Positions 28,541-41,755 of a stretch of 64,000 nucleotides of DNA are shown one piece after another. The notes below the pieces were generated by a model. It did not search any database and had not been told where the DNA came from. It was given only the letters and a program-made list of their open reading frames with translations. A program made the translations under genes and the position numbers. How positions within the stretch are numbered: the first letter of the stretch is position 1; every line of letters starts with the position of its first letter. The stretch is from Eledone cirrhosa (Eukaryota). Location: assembly GCA_964016885.1 (NCBI GenBank), contig OZ024742.1:224812001-224876000 (forward strand), written 5' to 3'.

Positions 28541-28722
28541 TATATAGATATACACATATACACATATATAAATATACACATATAAATATATGTATGCACA
28601 CACACACACACACACACATATATATACCTACATACACACACACATACACATATATATACATACACACACACACACATATATATATATATATGCATACATA
28701 CACACACATATATATATATGTA

Positions 28723-28786
<64 letters not shown>

Positions 28787-28787
28787 T

Positions 28788-28822
<35 letters not shown>

Positions 28823-29096
28823 CACAGATACATTGTAGGTCGCTTTAACCCGTCTTTTATTATTCAAAAAACTTCTTGCCAATAAACATTAACCCTTTGT
28901 GCGCCAATCATCTAACTGTAGACCAACAAATATCAAGTAAACTGAGCGTTGAGAAGAACGATGGCCAATGAATCTTCGAGGTAAGCAGTTTCCTCCCGAG
29001 CTGTTAGTTCGCGCAGGATTCTCTGCTACACCTTTTCGTAATAACACCGAACAATGTACTGCTGGTCACTCCTTCCTCCAAAAGCCGTACAAAGCA

Positions 29097-29133
<37 letters not shown>

Positions 29134-29648
29134 TTGTTATAAGAACAGATTAAAGTTTAAGCAAAGAATCGCTGCTTTCAAAATTAACGGGTCTTCTAAA
29201 ACTAAAAAATGTTATCTGTGAACGTAGAAGTAAATATTTCGAGAAACGTTGCAACCGAAGGAAAACAGGAAGACGATATTTTGGTTCGTTTCCCTGGTAA
29301 TGAACGGAAAAAAAAAAGGATAATACGTCGTTATGTGGACCGAGAAGAAGAATTTCATACAAAGACAAGTTTATGGTATAAATGGAAACGTTAGACTAAT
29401 ATTCTATTTAAAATATCCGAATGATTTCAAGCCCGGATTTAAAGAATGTTGTAAATAAAATTGAAAACGAATATGACAGGTTATTAAAATAGTAAAAGTA
29501 AATAGTGAAGATTTAGGCTAATACATACGTATGCGCCGACGGACATACACACACAAATACGTACACACACACAAATACATATACACACACACACACACGC
29601 GCGCGCGTGTGTAAACCTTATGCATTTCTACAGTATATAGAATATATG

Positions 29649-29722
<74 letters not shown>

Positions 29723-30392
29723 TATTGAAGTTTGCTTGAAGCATTGTGGAATAATAAATAAATATCTTTAAGTCGTTTCGAAGCCTCGACAATGCAAATG
29801 GGTAAATCTCCGGGTAACAAGATCCGGTGGTGGAGAGAGAGATGTAAGTGGGTGTACGTTGAGATGCGTGGTGTGTAAAGATGTGTAAATGTGTAGAAGA
29901 AAGAAGGGAAGAGTATAAAGGATAAAATAAAAATAACAACACAAGAGAAAGTTACCTTGGGAGAGATTTAATAGTCCTTATATATTTCGGATTCACATCC
30001 ATTAACTGGGGTTTTTTTCCGGGGTAAAGGTTGTCTGTCGGACAGGTGCGAAACGCGTCCTCCGCTGTTTGTTGTTTTGAATATCTGAGGTATTCGGCAG
30101 AGCGCGCGTGCGCGTGAAATGGGGTCGGTCGGGCAGAGGTCAGCGGCCGAATGAGGGAGTGGGGTGGCGCTAGCTGTCAGTCCATTCTTTGCCTGTTTGT
30201 TAAATGTTACTGTGTGTGTGTGTGTGTGTGTTGTTGTCTCGCTTGAGTGTGTGTGTGTGCGCGTGTGTAGTTGCCTTGTTCCTCTGTATTGGCAGTGTAG
30301 TATGTTCGTATGGTGGAATGCTACTGTGTGTGTGTGTGTAGTTGTCTCGTTTGTGTGTGCGTGTGTTGTGTGTTGCTACATCGTTTGTTAAC

Positions 30393-33032
30393 TTAAACCA
30401 GCCATCTCATTTCGCTTCTCTCTAATCGGTTGTTTATTTGCGGTTGCAGGCGTTTGATAAAAAGTGCTTCCTTGATACGTAACGTGCCGACGTTTCTTTC
30501 AGTCGCTAGAATTGTGACAATGGGCCTTCCGTTTTTGTTTCCGCATTTGTCTATGTGTTTCCGGAAAGACGAGGCCCTGGTTTTAGTGTGTTCCTTGATC
30601 CGGATGTGCAAAGGTCAGATTGTGCTACCTATGTAGTATTGGTTGCACCTGTCACATTCTATCTTATACACGACGTATGTGCGTAGGTAACAGTTCGCAT
30701 GGCGTATCGGGCAGTCTCTGAGGGAGCATGCGTCAGTAGATTTCCCGGGATCTTGGAGAGGCATCTTCGCAGGGAGGGGCCCGAGTGGGCCAGGTGGATG
30801 TCGAGGCCCTCCCTCCGTATAGCCTTGCGGATAGCGTTGGTGGTATTCTCGCCCAGATGTGGAATTTTAAGGAAGCACTTGCCTTGGGTGCCTCTCTGTC
30901 TCTTGTGTCTGGTGTCTCCTATTCTGTCTGTGATCGAGGTAGGGTACCCATTCGTATCCAGCACCTCGAGGAATCGTTTGGTATGAGTGACACCACTCGC
31001 GGGATCGCTGCATCTGTTTTTGATTCGCGCGATCTCGTTCGTGATGTATCCTCTTTTGGCACTGTTAGGGAGGGCGGACTTGTAGTGAACGAACAGGTCC
31101 CTGCAGGCTTCCTTTCGGTAGAAGTTGCAGTGGATCCTTCCCTGTTCCGTGATGTTGATTCGGAAGTCGAGGAGGGCAAGTGACCCGTCTTCGTTGGGGT
31201 GTTCAACACTGAAGTCAATGTTCTCGTCCGTGTTGTTGAACGTCTCATAGATTCTGTTCGCCGTGTCTTGGGAAGATGTGAGAATGAGGATATCGTCCAC
31301 GTACCTTGAGAAAAAGGCTATGGCGTTGGGGTGGCAGGCGTTGAGTGCCTTGCGTTCGAGGTTGTCCATGTAGGAGATCGCTAGCACACCTGATAGGCTT
31401 GATCCCATGGGCAATCCCGAGGTTTGTTGGTATGTTTGGTCAAGGAATCCGACGTAGGTGTTGTCGACGACGATGGATAGGAGTTGGTGGATGTCAGTGG
31501 TGGTGAGCCCGAAGCAGTGTAAGGTCGGTGGATTGGACGCGTTCCATCAGTATATTGACGGCCGGGAGTGCCGGGACCGAGGTGTAGAGAGCGACTACAT
31601 CAAGGCTGAAGGCATATCTGTCATTCTTTCTGGTGTCGGGATCCATTTGATGCAGGCGCTTCAACACCTCCTCGGAGCTGTTAACGTGTCCCGGCAAGGT
31701 GTCTAAGATGGGTTTGAGTATTCTGGCTAGGAGCCATGTGATTTTGTAGAGTGGTCCCTCCACGCTCGATACGATGGGCCTGATCTTCAGGTCGGGTCCC
31801 TGTTTGTGTGTTTTCACGAGGTGGTAGAAGGCGGGTAGTCTGCTGTTCCTCGTGAGGAGGTTGTATCTCAGCTTCTTCGGGAGCTTCCGCCGGTCGCAGA
31901 TGTTGGTCCAGGTGGCGTTGATGTGCTCTTCTATCTGCGCGGGAGTGATTCCCGTGACCTTGGAGTAGATGTTGTCATCGTCAAGGTGTTGGAGGGCCAG
32001 GGTGTTGTAGGCCTCTCTGCTGATGACGCAGAATTCTTTTCCCTTCGATTTTAGGTTGGAGAGAGTGGTGAGTTGAGATTTGGTGAGGTTATGTGTTGTG
32101 CGTGTGTGTTTGTGAAGTATATCCGAGATGGAGTGTTTTAGCCTGATGAGTTTAGTGTCGAGTTCGTGGTTGGTGGGTGGGGGGTGGAGTGGGTTGTCGG
32201 GGTGGTAAGTGGGGAACTTGGGGTGGGTTGCGTCGGCGCTGTTATTTTCTGTGGCGCTGTTGATGGCGGTCACCCATTTAAGTTGGTAAGCGGCTCGACA
32301 AAAGTTGGCCTCGATGTTGAGTTTGAGTCTGTCGTCGAGACGTTGTGTGACGATGAACTTAGGTCCGAGGTGTAGGAGTTTCAGCTCGTCGCTCGTGAGA
32401 GTGCCGGTTAGGTCGGTGACCAGGTGCGTCGCATCGTTGAGGTATGGCTCGGTGTTGGTGGATGCGGCGGTGGCGGTTGTTAAGTTGTTGTTCCCCACGT
32501 GGTTCTGGTCCGTCTGTTCATTAGTGTCGATGTTCCTGTTGTGGCGTTTCGACAAGATCCACTCATATTTTCGCTTGGGCCGTTTTTTCTGGTATTGGAC
32601 TCTGGAGTGGTAGCACTGGTCGATTGCTTTAGTGATTTTCAGGAGCAAGTCTCCGGGTGCTATTGGCAGTCGATGTGTCCGCTCTGAGAGTGTCCGCTTA
32701 TGGACGTGTAATTGGCGGTTGAGATGTCTCAGGATCTCTTTAATACACGTGCGTTGTATGCGGTTAGTGGTGTTTTGGAAAGCTGGTGTACGTAGGCTTA
32801 CTGGTAAGCGGATGTTCCTGATGGTGTTGGGGATGACATCGTTTTTTAGGCAGCGTTTCAGGAAAATAATTTGACAGCCAGCGTTGGCCCATTTCTCCGA
32901 CAGTTTAAACAGTTCCCTTACGGATGCAAACAATTCCTGGCTCAGGTGTAAGGATAAGAGAGTATTGAAGTTTGCTTGAAGCATTGTGGAATAATAAATA
33001 AATATCTTTAAGTCGTTTGGAAGCCTCGACAA
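30393..33032 (-). pseudogene. PLE RT + C-terminal GIY-YIG ORF, broken by frameshifts and a stop
   Basis: FYHLVKTHK..IRPIVS, SLDVVALYTSVP (31494-33032); PMGSSLSGVLA, RYVDD, LLDF (30659-31414); VVYKIECDRCNQYYIGST*PLHIRIKEH..KEALFIKRLQPQIN (30393-30700). Confidence 0.9.
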
Positions 33033-33561
33033 TGCAAATGGGTAAATCTCCGGGTAACAAGATCTGGTGGTGGAGAGAGAGATGTAAGTGGGTGTACGTT
33101 GAGATGCGTGGTGTGTAAAGATGTGTAAATGTGTAGAAGAAAGAAGGGAAGAGTATAAAGGATAAAATTAAAATAACAACACAAGAGAGAGTTACCTTGG
33201 GAGAGATTTAATAGTCCCTATATATTTCGGATTCACATCGATCAACTGGGGTTTTTTTTACGGGGTAAAGGTTGTCTGTCGGACAGGTGCGAAACGCAAC
33301 TACACATGCACACACACACACACACTCAAGCGAGACAACAACACACGGACACACACACACAGTAACATTTAACAAACAGGCAGAGAATGGACTGACAGCT
33401 AGCGCCACCCAACTCCCTCATTCGGCCGCTGACCTCTGCCCGACCGACCCCATTTCACGCGCACGCGCGCTCTGCCAAATACCTCAGATATTCAAAACAA
33501 CAAACAGCGGAGGACGCGTTTCGCACCTGTCCGACAGACAACCTTTACCCCGGAAAAAAAA

Positions 33562-33596
33562 CCCAGTTGATGGATGTGAATCCGAAATATATAGGG
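33562..33596 (+). ncRNA. Hammerhead-like motif with non-canonical CAGTTGA core (pseudo-LTR; copies near 29975-30012 and 33215-33252 on -)
   Basis: cc-CAGTTGA-t-ggat(gtga)atcc-GAAA-tata-TA-ggg. Confidence 0.5.
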
Positions 33597-33807
33597 ACTA
33601 TTAAATCTCTCCCAAGGTAACTCTCTCTTGTGTTGTTATTTTTATTTTATCCTTTATACTCTTCCCTTCTTTCTTCTACACATTTACATATCTTTACACA
33701 CCACGCATCTCAACGTACACCCACTTACATCTCTCTCTCCACCACCGGATCTTGTTACCCGGAGATTTACCCATTTGCATTGTCGAGGCTTCCAAACGAC
33801 TTAAAGA

Positions 33808-33838
<31 letters not shown>

Positions 33839-33955
33839 CCCACCCATACAAGTACTACTGCTGGAAAATTTTTCGGGCATATGCGTGCCAGTCGATGTAG
33901 TGAATAACTCGTGTGACCGGCGGCATATCAGCGGATATTTACATCACGTGTGGAC

Positions 33956-34027
33956 TTTTATCTGATGAGGACACATATGGCAGATGTTATACAAATGCCA
34001 TACGTCTTCGAAATACGTATAATAAAA
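33956..34027 (+). ncRNA. Type I hammerhead ribozyme in a TA-flanked island (33839-34070)
   Basis: ttttat-CTGATGA-ggac..tatggca/tgccata..gtct-tc-GAAA-tacgta-TA-ataaaa. Confidence 0.8.
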
Positions 34028-34067
34028 TAAATAGGGATGAACAAGTGAAACCGTCTTTCTTGTATAT

Positions 34068-34153
<86 letters not shown>

Positions 34154-34157
34154 TTAT

Positions 34158-34263
<106 letters not shown>

Positions 34264-34297
34264 TTATTACTATATATATATATATATATTTATTTAT

Positions 34298-34335
<38 letters not shown>

Positions 34336-34339
34336 TTAT

Positions 34340-34377
<38 letters not shown>

Positions 34378-34424
34378 CTATATATATATATATATATATA
34401 TAGTATATATATATATATATATAT

Positions 34425-34930
34425 AAATGGAAAAAATGAAACGAAATTTCATTTCTCACTCTTAGTACGGCTGTTACTTAAATATAAGTACGTATACGTA
34501 CATACATATAAGTAAACAGACGTACAGTACTATGTATATATGTATACATACATGCATACATATATATATGTACGTATGGGTTTACCGAAAATTTATCGTC
34601 AGCATCGTATACCTTCCTGCCAGATGATTGAACGTCTGAAAGTATATACTTTCCTTATGCATATTAACGGCTGACCAGCCTAATTTGCATATCGAGTGAG
34701 TTAGTCGAAAGCTAATAAGCTTGAAACTAGTACATCGTTCCTTTGTCAGTGTTGAACAAAAGGGCAACGATGGTTGCTAAACACTGTACGGCTTAATTCG
34801 GGCTGTTTGTTTACAAACAAACCGGGCATTATAATAAATGTTCGGTAAACCCAATCGTACATATATATATATGTGTATGTATATATATATACATACTGCT
34901 GTACGTCTGTATACATATATGTATGTACGT

Positions 34931-34935
<5 letters not shown>
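34425..34935. mobile_element. Retrozyme-like unit, internally inverted with the break inside HHR stem II
   Basis: 5' half of HHR on - at ~34594-34608; 3' half on + at ~34710-34738; TA-flanked. Confidence 0.7.
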
Positions 34936-34976
<41 letters not shown>

Positions 34977-35477
34977 TATTATTATATATATATTTATATA
35001 TATATATATATATATATATCGAAAATTTTTCGCGGATATAGAGGTTATCTCCCTTGCTGGACTCCATGTGCGTCCCAGCTAGGGTTGGCTTCTTTATCCG
35101 TTTGGATATGACCCGTTGATAAAGTGTTCCGGTCCATCCGCTCTCTAGAAGTCTAATATATTTTTATGTGGGTTGATAGGGGGCGGATTAAGGAATTGCA
35201 GAAACCCAAGTTGCTAGATTTACCATCTTTCTAGTGGGTCCTGGTAAGTTTTTACATTCATATGAATTATTGATTTATTGATATTTTATCTGAGTGACAC
35301 GAATCTTCCTGGTCGTTATATTTCGGCTGCATGGGTGATTTTAGGCATAATCTTTGTGTGTTGGTATTTTAACGATAGTTATAGCTCTGTTTTATCTGAA
35401 TTATTGAGCCCTCTGCCACTCATGTCGGATTTGTTTATCGTAAACTCGTGAGCTGATTTTCCGATACTCGATTATTC

Positions 35478-35562
<85 letters not shown>

Positions 35563-36323
35563 CATGCACATTTACATACACACATGTATATATAAGCTCA
35601 TATACATACATCTGCACATTAATTTATATATCTAAATATATATATATATTTATAGATATATATGTATATTTCGTGTGTGTATGTACATACATGAATACAA
35701 AGATGCATACATGTATGCATATATATATATATATATATATACAAATATAAATTAGCGAGAATCGTATTTCGGCTATTGGAAATTAGTGAAAAACAACTTC
35801 CGAGATGTGTGGCAAGCGCTCCATAGAAGGCCAAACACACTGAGACGACCAAGTAATTCGGGTCAAACAAATAAAATATGATTGAAAAATTATACCCAGA
35901 CCCCTGGAAGGTTGGTAAAATCCAGCATTTTGGGTTTCTGCAACTCCTAAATCAAGTACTGTCCGCTTAGACAAATAATGTTAAGATTTTGGTAAGATGA
36001 TTGAACAAGGAAGTCACTTTCTCAACAGGCTTTTAGTTCAAGTGCCAAGTGAAGGACTGACCGTTATCAAAACCCACGTGGGGCTCGACAAGGGGGGGGG
36101 GTGGAAACCCTTAGTTTTGGCGGATGAATTCAGTATGTGTGTTATTATTGCAAAATTGATGTATATATATATACATACATGCACATACATATATATATAT
36201 GCACATATCGGTTTACCGAACATTTATTATAATGCTCGGTTTGTTTGTTTGTAAACAAACAAACAGCCCGAATTACGCCGTACAGTGTTTAGGCAACCAC
36301 GTCACCTTTTTGTTCAACACTGA

Positions 36324-36366
36324 ACGATGTACTAGTTTCAAGCTTATTAGCTATCGTCAGCATCGT
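36324..36366 (-). ncRNA. Minimal type I HHR (retrozyme family)
   Basis: acgatg-CTGACGA-tagct(aata)agctt-GAAA-ctag-TA-catcgt. Confidence 0.85.
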
Positions 36367-36862
36367 ATACCTTCCTGCCAGATGGTTGAACGTCTGAAAG
36401 TATATACTCTCCTTATGCATATTAACGGCTGAGCGGCCTAATTTGCATATCGAGTGAGTTCAGTCGGCTGGGCGCATCGAAAACGATAAATGGAATAGAA
36501 TGAAACGAAATTTCATTTCTCACTCTTAGTACGGCACTTACTTAAATGTAAGTATGTATGTATGTATGTATACGTACATACATATATGTATACAGACGTA
36601 CAGTAGTATGTATATATACACATACATGCACACATATATATATATGCACGTACATATACCTATACATACATACATACTTACATTTAAGTAAGTGCCGTAC
36701 TAAGAGTGAGAAATGAAATTTCGTTTCATTCTATTCCGTTTATCGTTTTCGGTACTCCCGGCCGACTGAACTCACTCGATATGCAAATTAGGCTGCTCAG
36801 CCGTTAATATGCATAAGGAAAGTATATACTTTCAGACGTTCAACCATCTGGCAGGAAGGTAT

Positions 36863-36905
36863 ACAATGCTGACGATAGCTAATAAGCTTGAAACTAGTAC
36901 ATCGT
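36863..36905 (+). ncRNA. Minimal type I HHR (retrozyme family)
   Basis: acaatg-CTGACGA-tagctaataagctt-GAAA-ctag-TA-catcgt. Confidence 0.8.
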
Positions 36906-37141
36906 TCCTGTGTCAGTGTTGAACAAAAAGGTGTCGTGGTTGCCTAAACACTGTACGGCGTAATTCGGGCTGTTTGTTTGTTTACAAACAAACAAACCAA
37001 GCATTATAATAAATGTTCGGTAAACCCATACGTACATATATATATATATGTGTGCATGTATGTATATATATATATATACATACTACTGTACGTCTGTATA
37101 CATATATGTATGTACGTATACATACTTATATATATATTTAT

Positions 37142-37206
<65 letters not shown>

Positions 37207-37371
37207 CGTGCACATCTACATACACACATGTATATATAAGCTCATTCACATACATCTGCACATACATTTATATACGTAAATATATATATATTTATAGATA
37301 TATATGTGTGTTTGTGTGTGTGTATGTACATACATGTATACAAAGATGCATACATGTATGCATATATATAC

Positions 37372-37472
<101 letters not shown>

Positions 37473-37750
37473 TACATGTATGCATATATATATATATCAC
37501 GATAAATTAACGGAGGCATAGGCCGTCGTTATTCCCTGTAAATAATGTGCTCAAAGGGGAAGAGATCCTGAGCCCTTTAGAATATAATATGTTGAGAAGG
37601 TAACACACCAGAGTGAGATATATAGTGCGTTATCAATAATACAGGGCAAAAACCACCAGTGTATGGAATCTATAACCTATGAAAGGCAGACTATAGACAC
37701 GATAATTAAAAATATAAATTAAAGCGTAAATAAATACCTCTATAACTATA

Positions 37751-37833
37751 TTACACACGTACAAATCCAGAGATATGTTTCGCCAGAGAAATTGTTGAAA
37801 GAAATGTTAGTCTCGGTTCATCAGCGTGTGTAA
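37751..37833 (-). ncRNA. Type I hammerhead ribozyme
   Basis: Reverse complement of 38235-38317. Confidence 0.85.
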
Positions 37834-38234
37834 GGCTATACATCTCAGACAACACTAAGAGAATTTTACAATTGACTGTCCGGCTACACGTGGGAGAGAG
37901 AAGTCACAGCGTGTTTAAGGGCAGTGAACCAGTGGCCTCTGAGAGACGAACTGCTAGAAAGGGCAGCCCAAAGCCACTCAGAGAAGAGTGCTCAACCAAA
38001 CAGAGATAGGAAAGGCTGTTGTTAGGAGCGAAATATCACGATAAATTAACGGAGGCATAGGCCGTCGTTATTCCCTGTAAATAATGTGCTCAAAGGGGAA
38101 GAGATCCTTTCTAGCAGTTCGTCTCTCAGAGGCCACTGGTTCACTGCCCTTAAACACGCTGTGACTTCTCTCTCCCACGTGTAGCTGGACAGTCAATTGT
38201 AAAATTCTCTTAGTGTTGTCTGAGATGTATAGCC

Positions 38235-38317
38235 TTACACACGCTGATGAACCGAGACTAACATTTCTTTCAACAATTTCTCTGGCGAAACATATCTCTG
38301 GATTTGTACGTGTGTAA
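38235..38317 (+). ncRNA. Type I hammerhead ribozyme
   Basis: ttacacacg-CTGATGA-stem II-GAAA-ca(tatctctggatt)tg-TA-cgtgtgtaa; 9-bp stem I, GUA triplet. Confidence 0.85.
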
Positions 38318-38859
38318 TATAGTTATAGAGGTATTTATTTACGCTTTAATTTATATTTTTAATTATCGTGTCTATAGTCTGCCTTTCATAGGTTATAGAT
38401 TCCATACACTGGTGGTTTTTGCCCTCTATTATTGATAACGCACTATATATCTCACTCTGGTGTGTTACCTTCTCAACATATTATATATATATATATATAT
38501 ATATACATACATGTATACATATATAAATATTTTTATATATATACACGCATTTGAGTATATACGCATATATACACACATGTTAGCGGCGATTGCTGTGTTT
38601 TCATATTTTCTATTTTACGTCAATTGTAAAACTAATATTATCTAAATCTCATTCTATATGTAAAAAGTCATTTCAATTTAAATCGTCTGTATTTTTCAAA
38701 TATTCTAACTACATGTAAATATATCTAAATATGTGAAAGTGTGTGGCCTAATAGTTAAAGAGTTTTGCACCCGATCGTAAGGTCAAGTGTTCGATTGCCG
38801 GCAGTGTATTACATCCGCCAACAAGCCACTTTACTTCGCGTGGTTCTAATTGACTTAAC

Positions 38860-39778
38860 TGAACACTATAGATCTTGCTTGCAGTCTGACCTGGACACAA
38901 TGCAACAATGGATCTCAGACTGGCAACTCAAGCTAGCTGTGGACAAGTGCACCACCATGCATTTTGGGAGTAAAAACCCAGCGTCCACACACTCCCTCCA
39001 CAGCACTAATATCAAGAAGTCTTCTTGTGACCGTGACACGGTCAGCAGCGATTTGCGTTAGACGAAGCACGTCTCTAAAATTGTCAAGAGAGCCGAGGGT
39101 GTCTTAGCATCACTCAGAAAGACCTTTGTCAGCTGCTCTCCAGCTATCTATTTAAGGCTGTACATGACTATGGTGCGGCCACACTTAGAATTTGCATCAC
39201 CAGTCTGGAACCCCTATCTTGCTAAGAACATTGACCTCCTGGAAACTGTTCAGAGACGTGCAACCAAGCGAATACCCTCCATCAGGCATCTACCATACTC
39301 TGAACGCCTTGCTTACCTGGGCATGGATACATTGAAGCTCCGACGCCTGGCAACTGACTTGGTAAACACCCACAAAATTGTTAACCATCTTGCCAACAAC
39401 AACCCTGAGTACCTTTTTTGATTTCCATGTGTCTAACACACGTGGACATGCCCACAAAGTCAGAAAACAGCACAGTTCCCATGACTTTCGGAAACATTTT
39501 TTCACGCTCAGAGTTGCTGAAGCATGGAACAAACTACCTGCATCAGTTGTTAGCTGTCGAGACACTGCATCCTTTAAGGCCTCCATGCTTCCCGAGATTC
39601 GCCAACACTACAGCAAATGTTCCCCCTCCATACACATACACACATGTATATCATGACTCATACACTATTCACTTCCCTGACATTTGTGTATTATTCTATG
39701 TACTATACATACACCTTTGACGAGTTGTAGTGCACCTGAGCACTTTACACAATAATTTCATTATTATCATTATTATTA
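38860..39778 (+). mobile_element. CR1-like LINE 3' end
   Basis: LQSDLDTMQQWISDWQLKLAVDKC, MVRPHLEFASPVWNPY..LETVQRRATKRIP, TRGHAHK..FFTLRVAEAWNKLP; (ATT)n tail. Confidence 0.85.
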
Positions 39779-39934
39779 AAAGGAGTTGTACTTCTGATTC
39801 AAAGGGATGTTGTTTTTGTTGTTGATAATGTTGTTGTTGTTGTTGTTGTTGCTGGTTATGTTGATGATGGGGTAGTTGGGGTTGTTGATGCCGTTAATCT
39901 TGTATTTGGTGTTGTTGCTGTTAACGTTGGTGTT

Positions 39935-40110
39935 GTATCGGTAGAGGGCGGACACCATGCTTTGCAGTATAGAGTTACAGCCCTCTCGATCTGAGTTCAA
40001 ATCCCGCCGAGGTTAACTTTACCTTTCATCCTTACGGGGTTGATAAAATAAAGTACCAGTAATACACTGGAATAATTGCGGGCCTTGTGCCAAAAGTAGA
40101 AACAGTTATT
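39935..40110 (+). mobile_element. tRNA-derived SINE
   Basis: gagttcaaatcccgccgaggttaactttacctttcatccttacggggt...agtagaaac. Confidence 0.8.
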
Positions 40111-40732
40111 TATGTTGTTGTATCTTTGCTCCTTATATATCATATATGTTGATTAACTTACAGTATTATTTACATGTAAGTTATGAATGTGTCGCACTGA
40201 ATCTCCCTGAGAAAATTTGCATGTTCAATTTATAAGCAGGCTGTTCCATTGATCGATCAACTCAGATGCATCTCGGAGCCACTTTGCCGCCTTTATGAAT
40301 AGACGGCGAATTATAAACATAGTTAATGGCCCCCCGGACCACATCCCTACTCACTGCTATCAGGGTGAAGTTGGTTACCCTCAAGTGCGAGCCCCACGAG
40401 CAATGCCTTCTCCAATCTGTCCGTCGGGACCACGAGGCGACTGATCCTTAAGTTTCATTCATGGTGGTGCCATGTTGAATAAATTTACTTGCATTTTATC
40501 ACAACTAGGATTTTTTTTTCAACATGATGACGTGTATGTGTATGTGTGTGAGCGTGTGTGTATGTGTGTGAGCGTGTGTGTATGTGCATATACATACATT
40601 TATATGTATGAGTATATAAATATAAACGCGCAAATACAAACACACACTTACAAAAATACAAACTCACAGAAATACATTCACACAAACACACATATGTTTA
40701 CTCAAATACACACATATACATGCACACACAGC

Positions 40733-40899
40733 GTAGTAAATAGAACGCCAGTCGCTCTGTTTTGCCATAGTTTTTTCCACCGTACCCTTCCTTCCTTTTA
40801 CACACATATGCATTCACCTCCCTCCCTACATCCACCCACACCCCCAAACACACATTGTGTGACGGACGGACGGAAGTCGCTCAAATTTATATATAGATG
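40733..40899 (-). mobile_element. Possible non-autonomous Helitron-like element
   Basis: Reverse complement starts a|TCTATATATAAA..ccgtccgtc and ends near CTAC (CTRR-like); inference only. Confidence 0.35.
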
Positions 40900-41162
40900 T
40901 AAAATACTTCTTTGAGACAGTTTCATTTACTTAGTTTACGAGAAGTATGAACCATATATTTACCACAGGAGAGTAAACGATAAATGGATTCCCATCGGTT
41001 TCAAGGGATAAGTGTGACGGACGGAAGTCGCTCAAATTTATATATAGATGTAAAATACTGTTTGAGACTGTTTCATTTACTTAGTTTGCGAGAAGTGTGA
41101 ACCATATATTTAGCACAGGAGAGTAAACGATAAATGAATTCCTATCGGTTTCAAGGGATAAA
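40858..41162. repeat. Tandem duplication, ~150 bp period
   Basis: gacggaagtcgctcaaatttatatatagatgtaaaatac..tcaagggataa occurs twice. Confidence 0.85.
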
Positions 41163-41721
41163 TATAATTCAATTGTTTAATCAACTGAAAGTCTTACTTG
41201 TTGAGTTAGTATCTAAATGGTTGAATATGTTGCAGACATTCATATCGTTAACGAAATTCTTGGGCCCAATCAGTGAGTCCCAGTGTATAATAAGATGGAA
41301 ATCTGAATTATGGTACATACTATTCGACAGTCTCCATAAACAGAATATCACACACAAGGCTATTATTAACTTGAAACTAGGGGGGGGGGGGTAAACTAAT
41401 GTAAGATATGACGAAGTGAGATCGAACCTAGCGCCACGTATTTATAAAGAGAGCAACTTAACCATTCAGCCATGCTAAGATCATCTGACACACGTACACA
41501 GTGACACACGTACACAGACATACACACACACACACACACACACACATACACACACGTACATACACGTACATACACATACACATACACACAGGCACACACA
41601 CATACACACACGTACATACACATACACATAGACACAGGCACAGACACACACATACACGCATACACGCATACACACACATACACGCATACGCACAAACACA
41701 GAGCCAAGGACTGGTAAATTG

Positions 41722-41755
<34 letters not shown>

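Larger units (their letters stand above)
29718..33813 (-). mobile_element. Near-full-length Penelope-like element with direct and inverted pseudo-LTRs, inserted in (TA)n
   Basis: 29718-30056 directly repeats 32958-33296; 33297-33813 inverts 29758-30273; RT and GIY-YIG coding region between; (TA)n at both ends. Confidence 0.92.
36160..37130. mobile_element. Two retrozyme-like units in fold-back arrangement
   Basis: 36200-36570 is the reverse complement of ~36660-37030; HHRs at 36324-36366 (-) and 36863-36905 (+). Confidence 0.85.
37496..38485. mobile_element. 539 nt HHR unit with terminal redundancy plus inverted copy
   Basis: 37496-37568 repeated at 38035-38107; ~37580-37961 inverted at 38108-38485; TA-flanked. 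Confidence 0.85.

Noticed and set aside
30020-30066. Plus-strand GAAA-cgcg-TC motif in the PLE pseudo-LTR
   Set aside because: No credible CUGANGA core adjoining a matching stem I, and it is antisense to the ORF
30615-30617. In-frame TGA in the GIY-YIG domain as possible selenocysteine (as reported for some Naiad PLEs)
   Set aside because: It falls where Arg is usual (YIGST-x-R), so CGA>TGA decay is simpler; the ORF also has frameshifts
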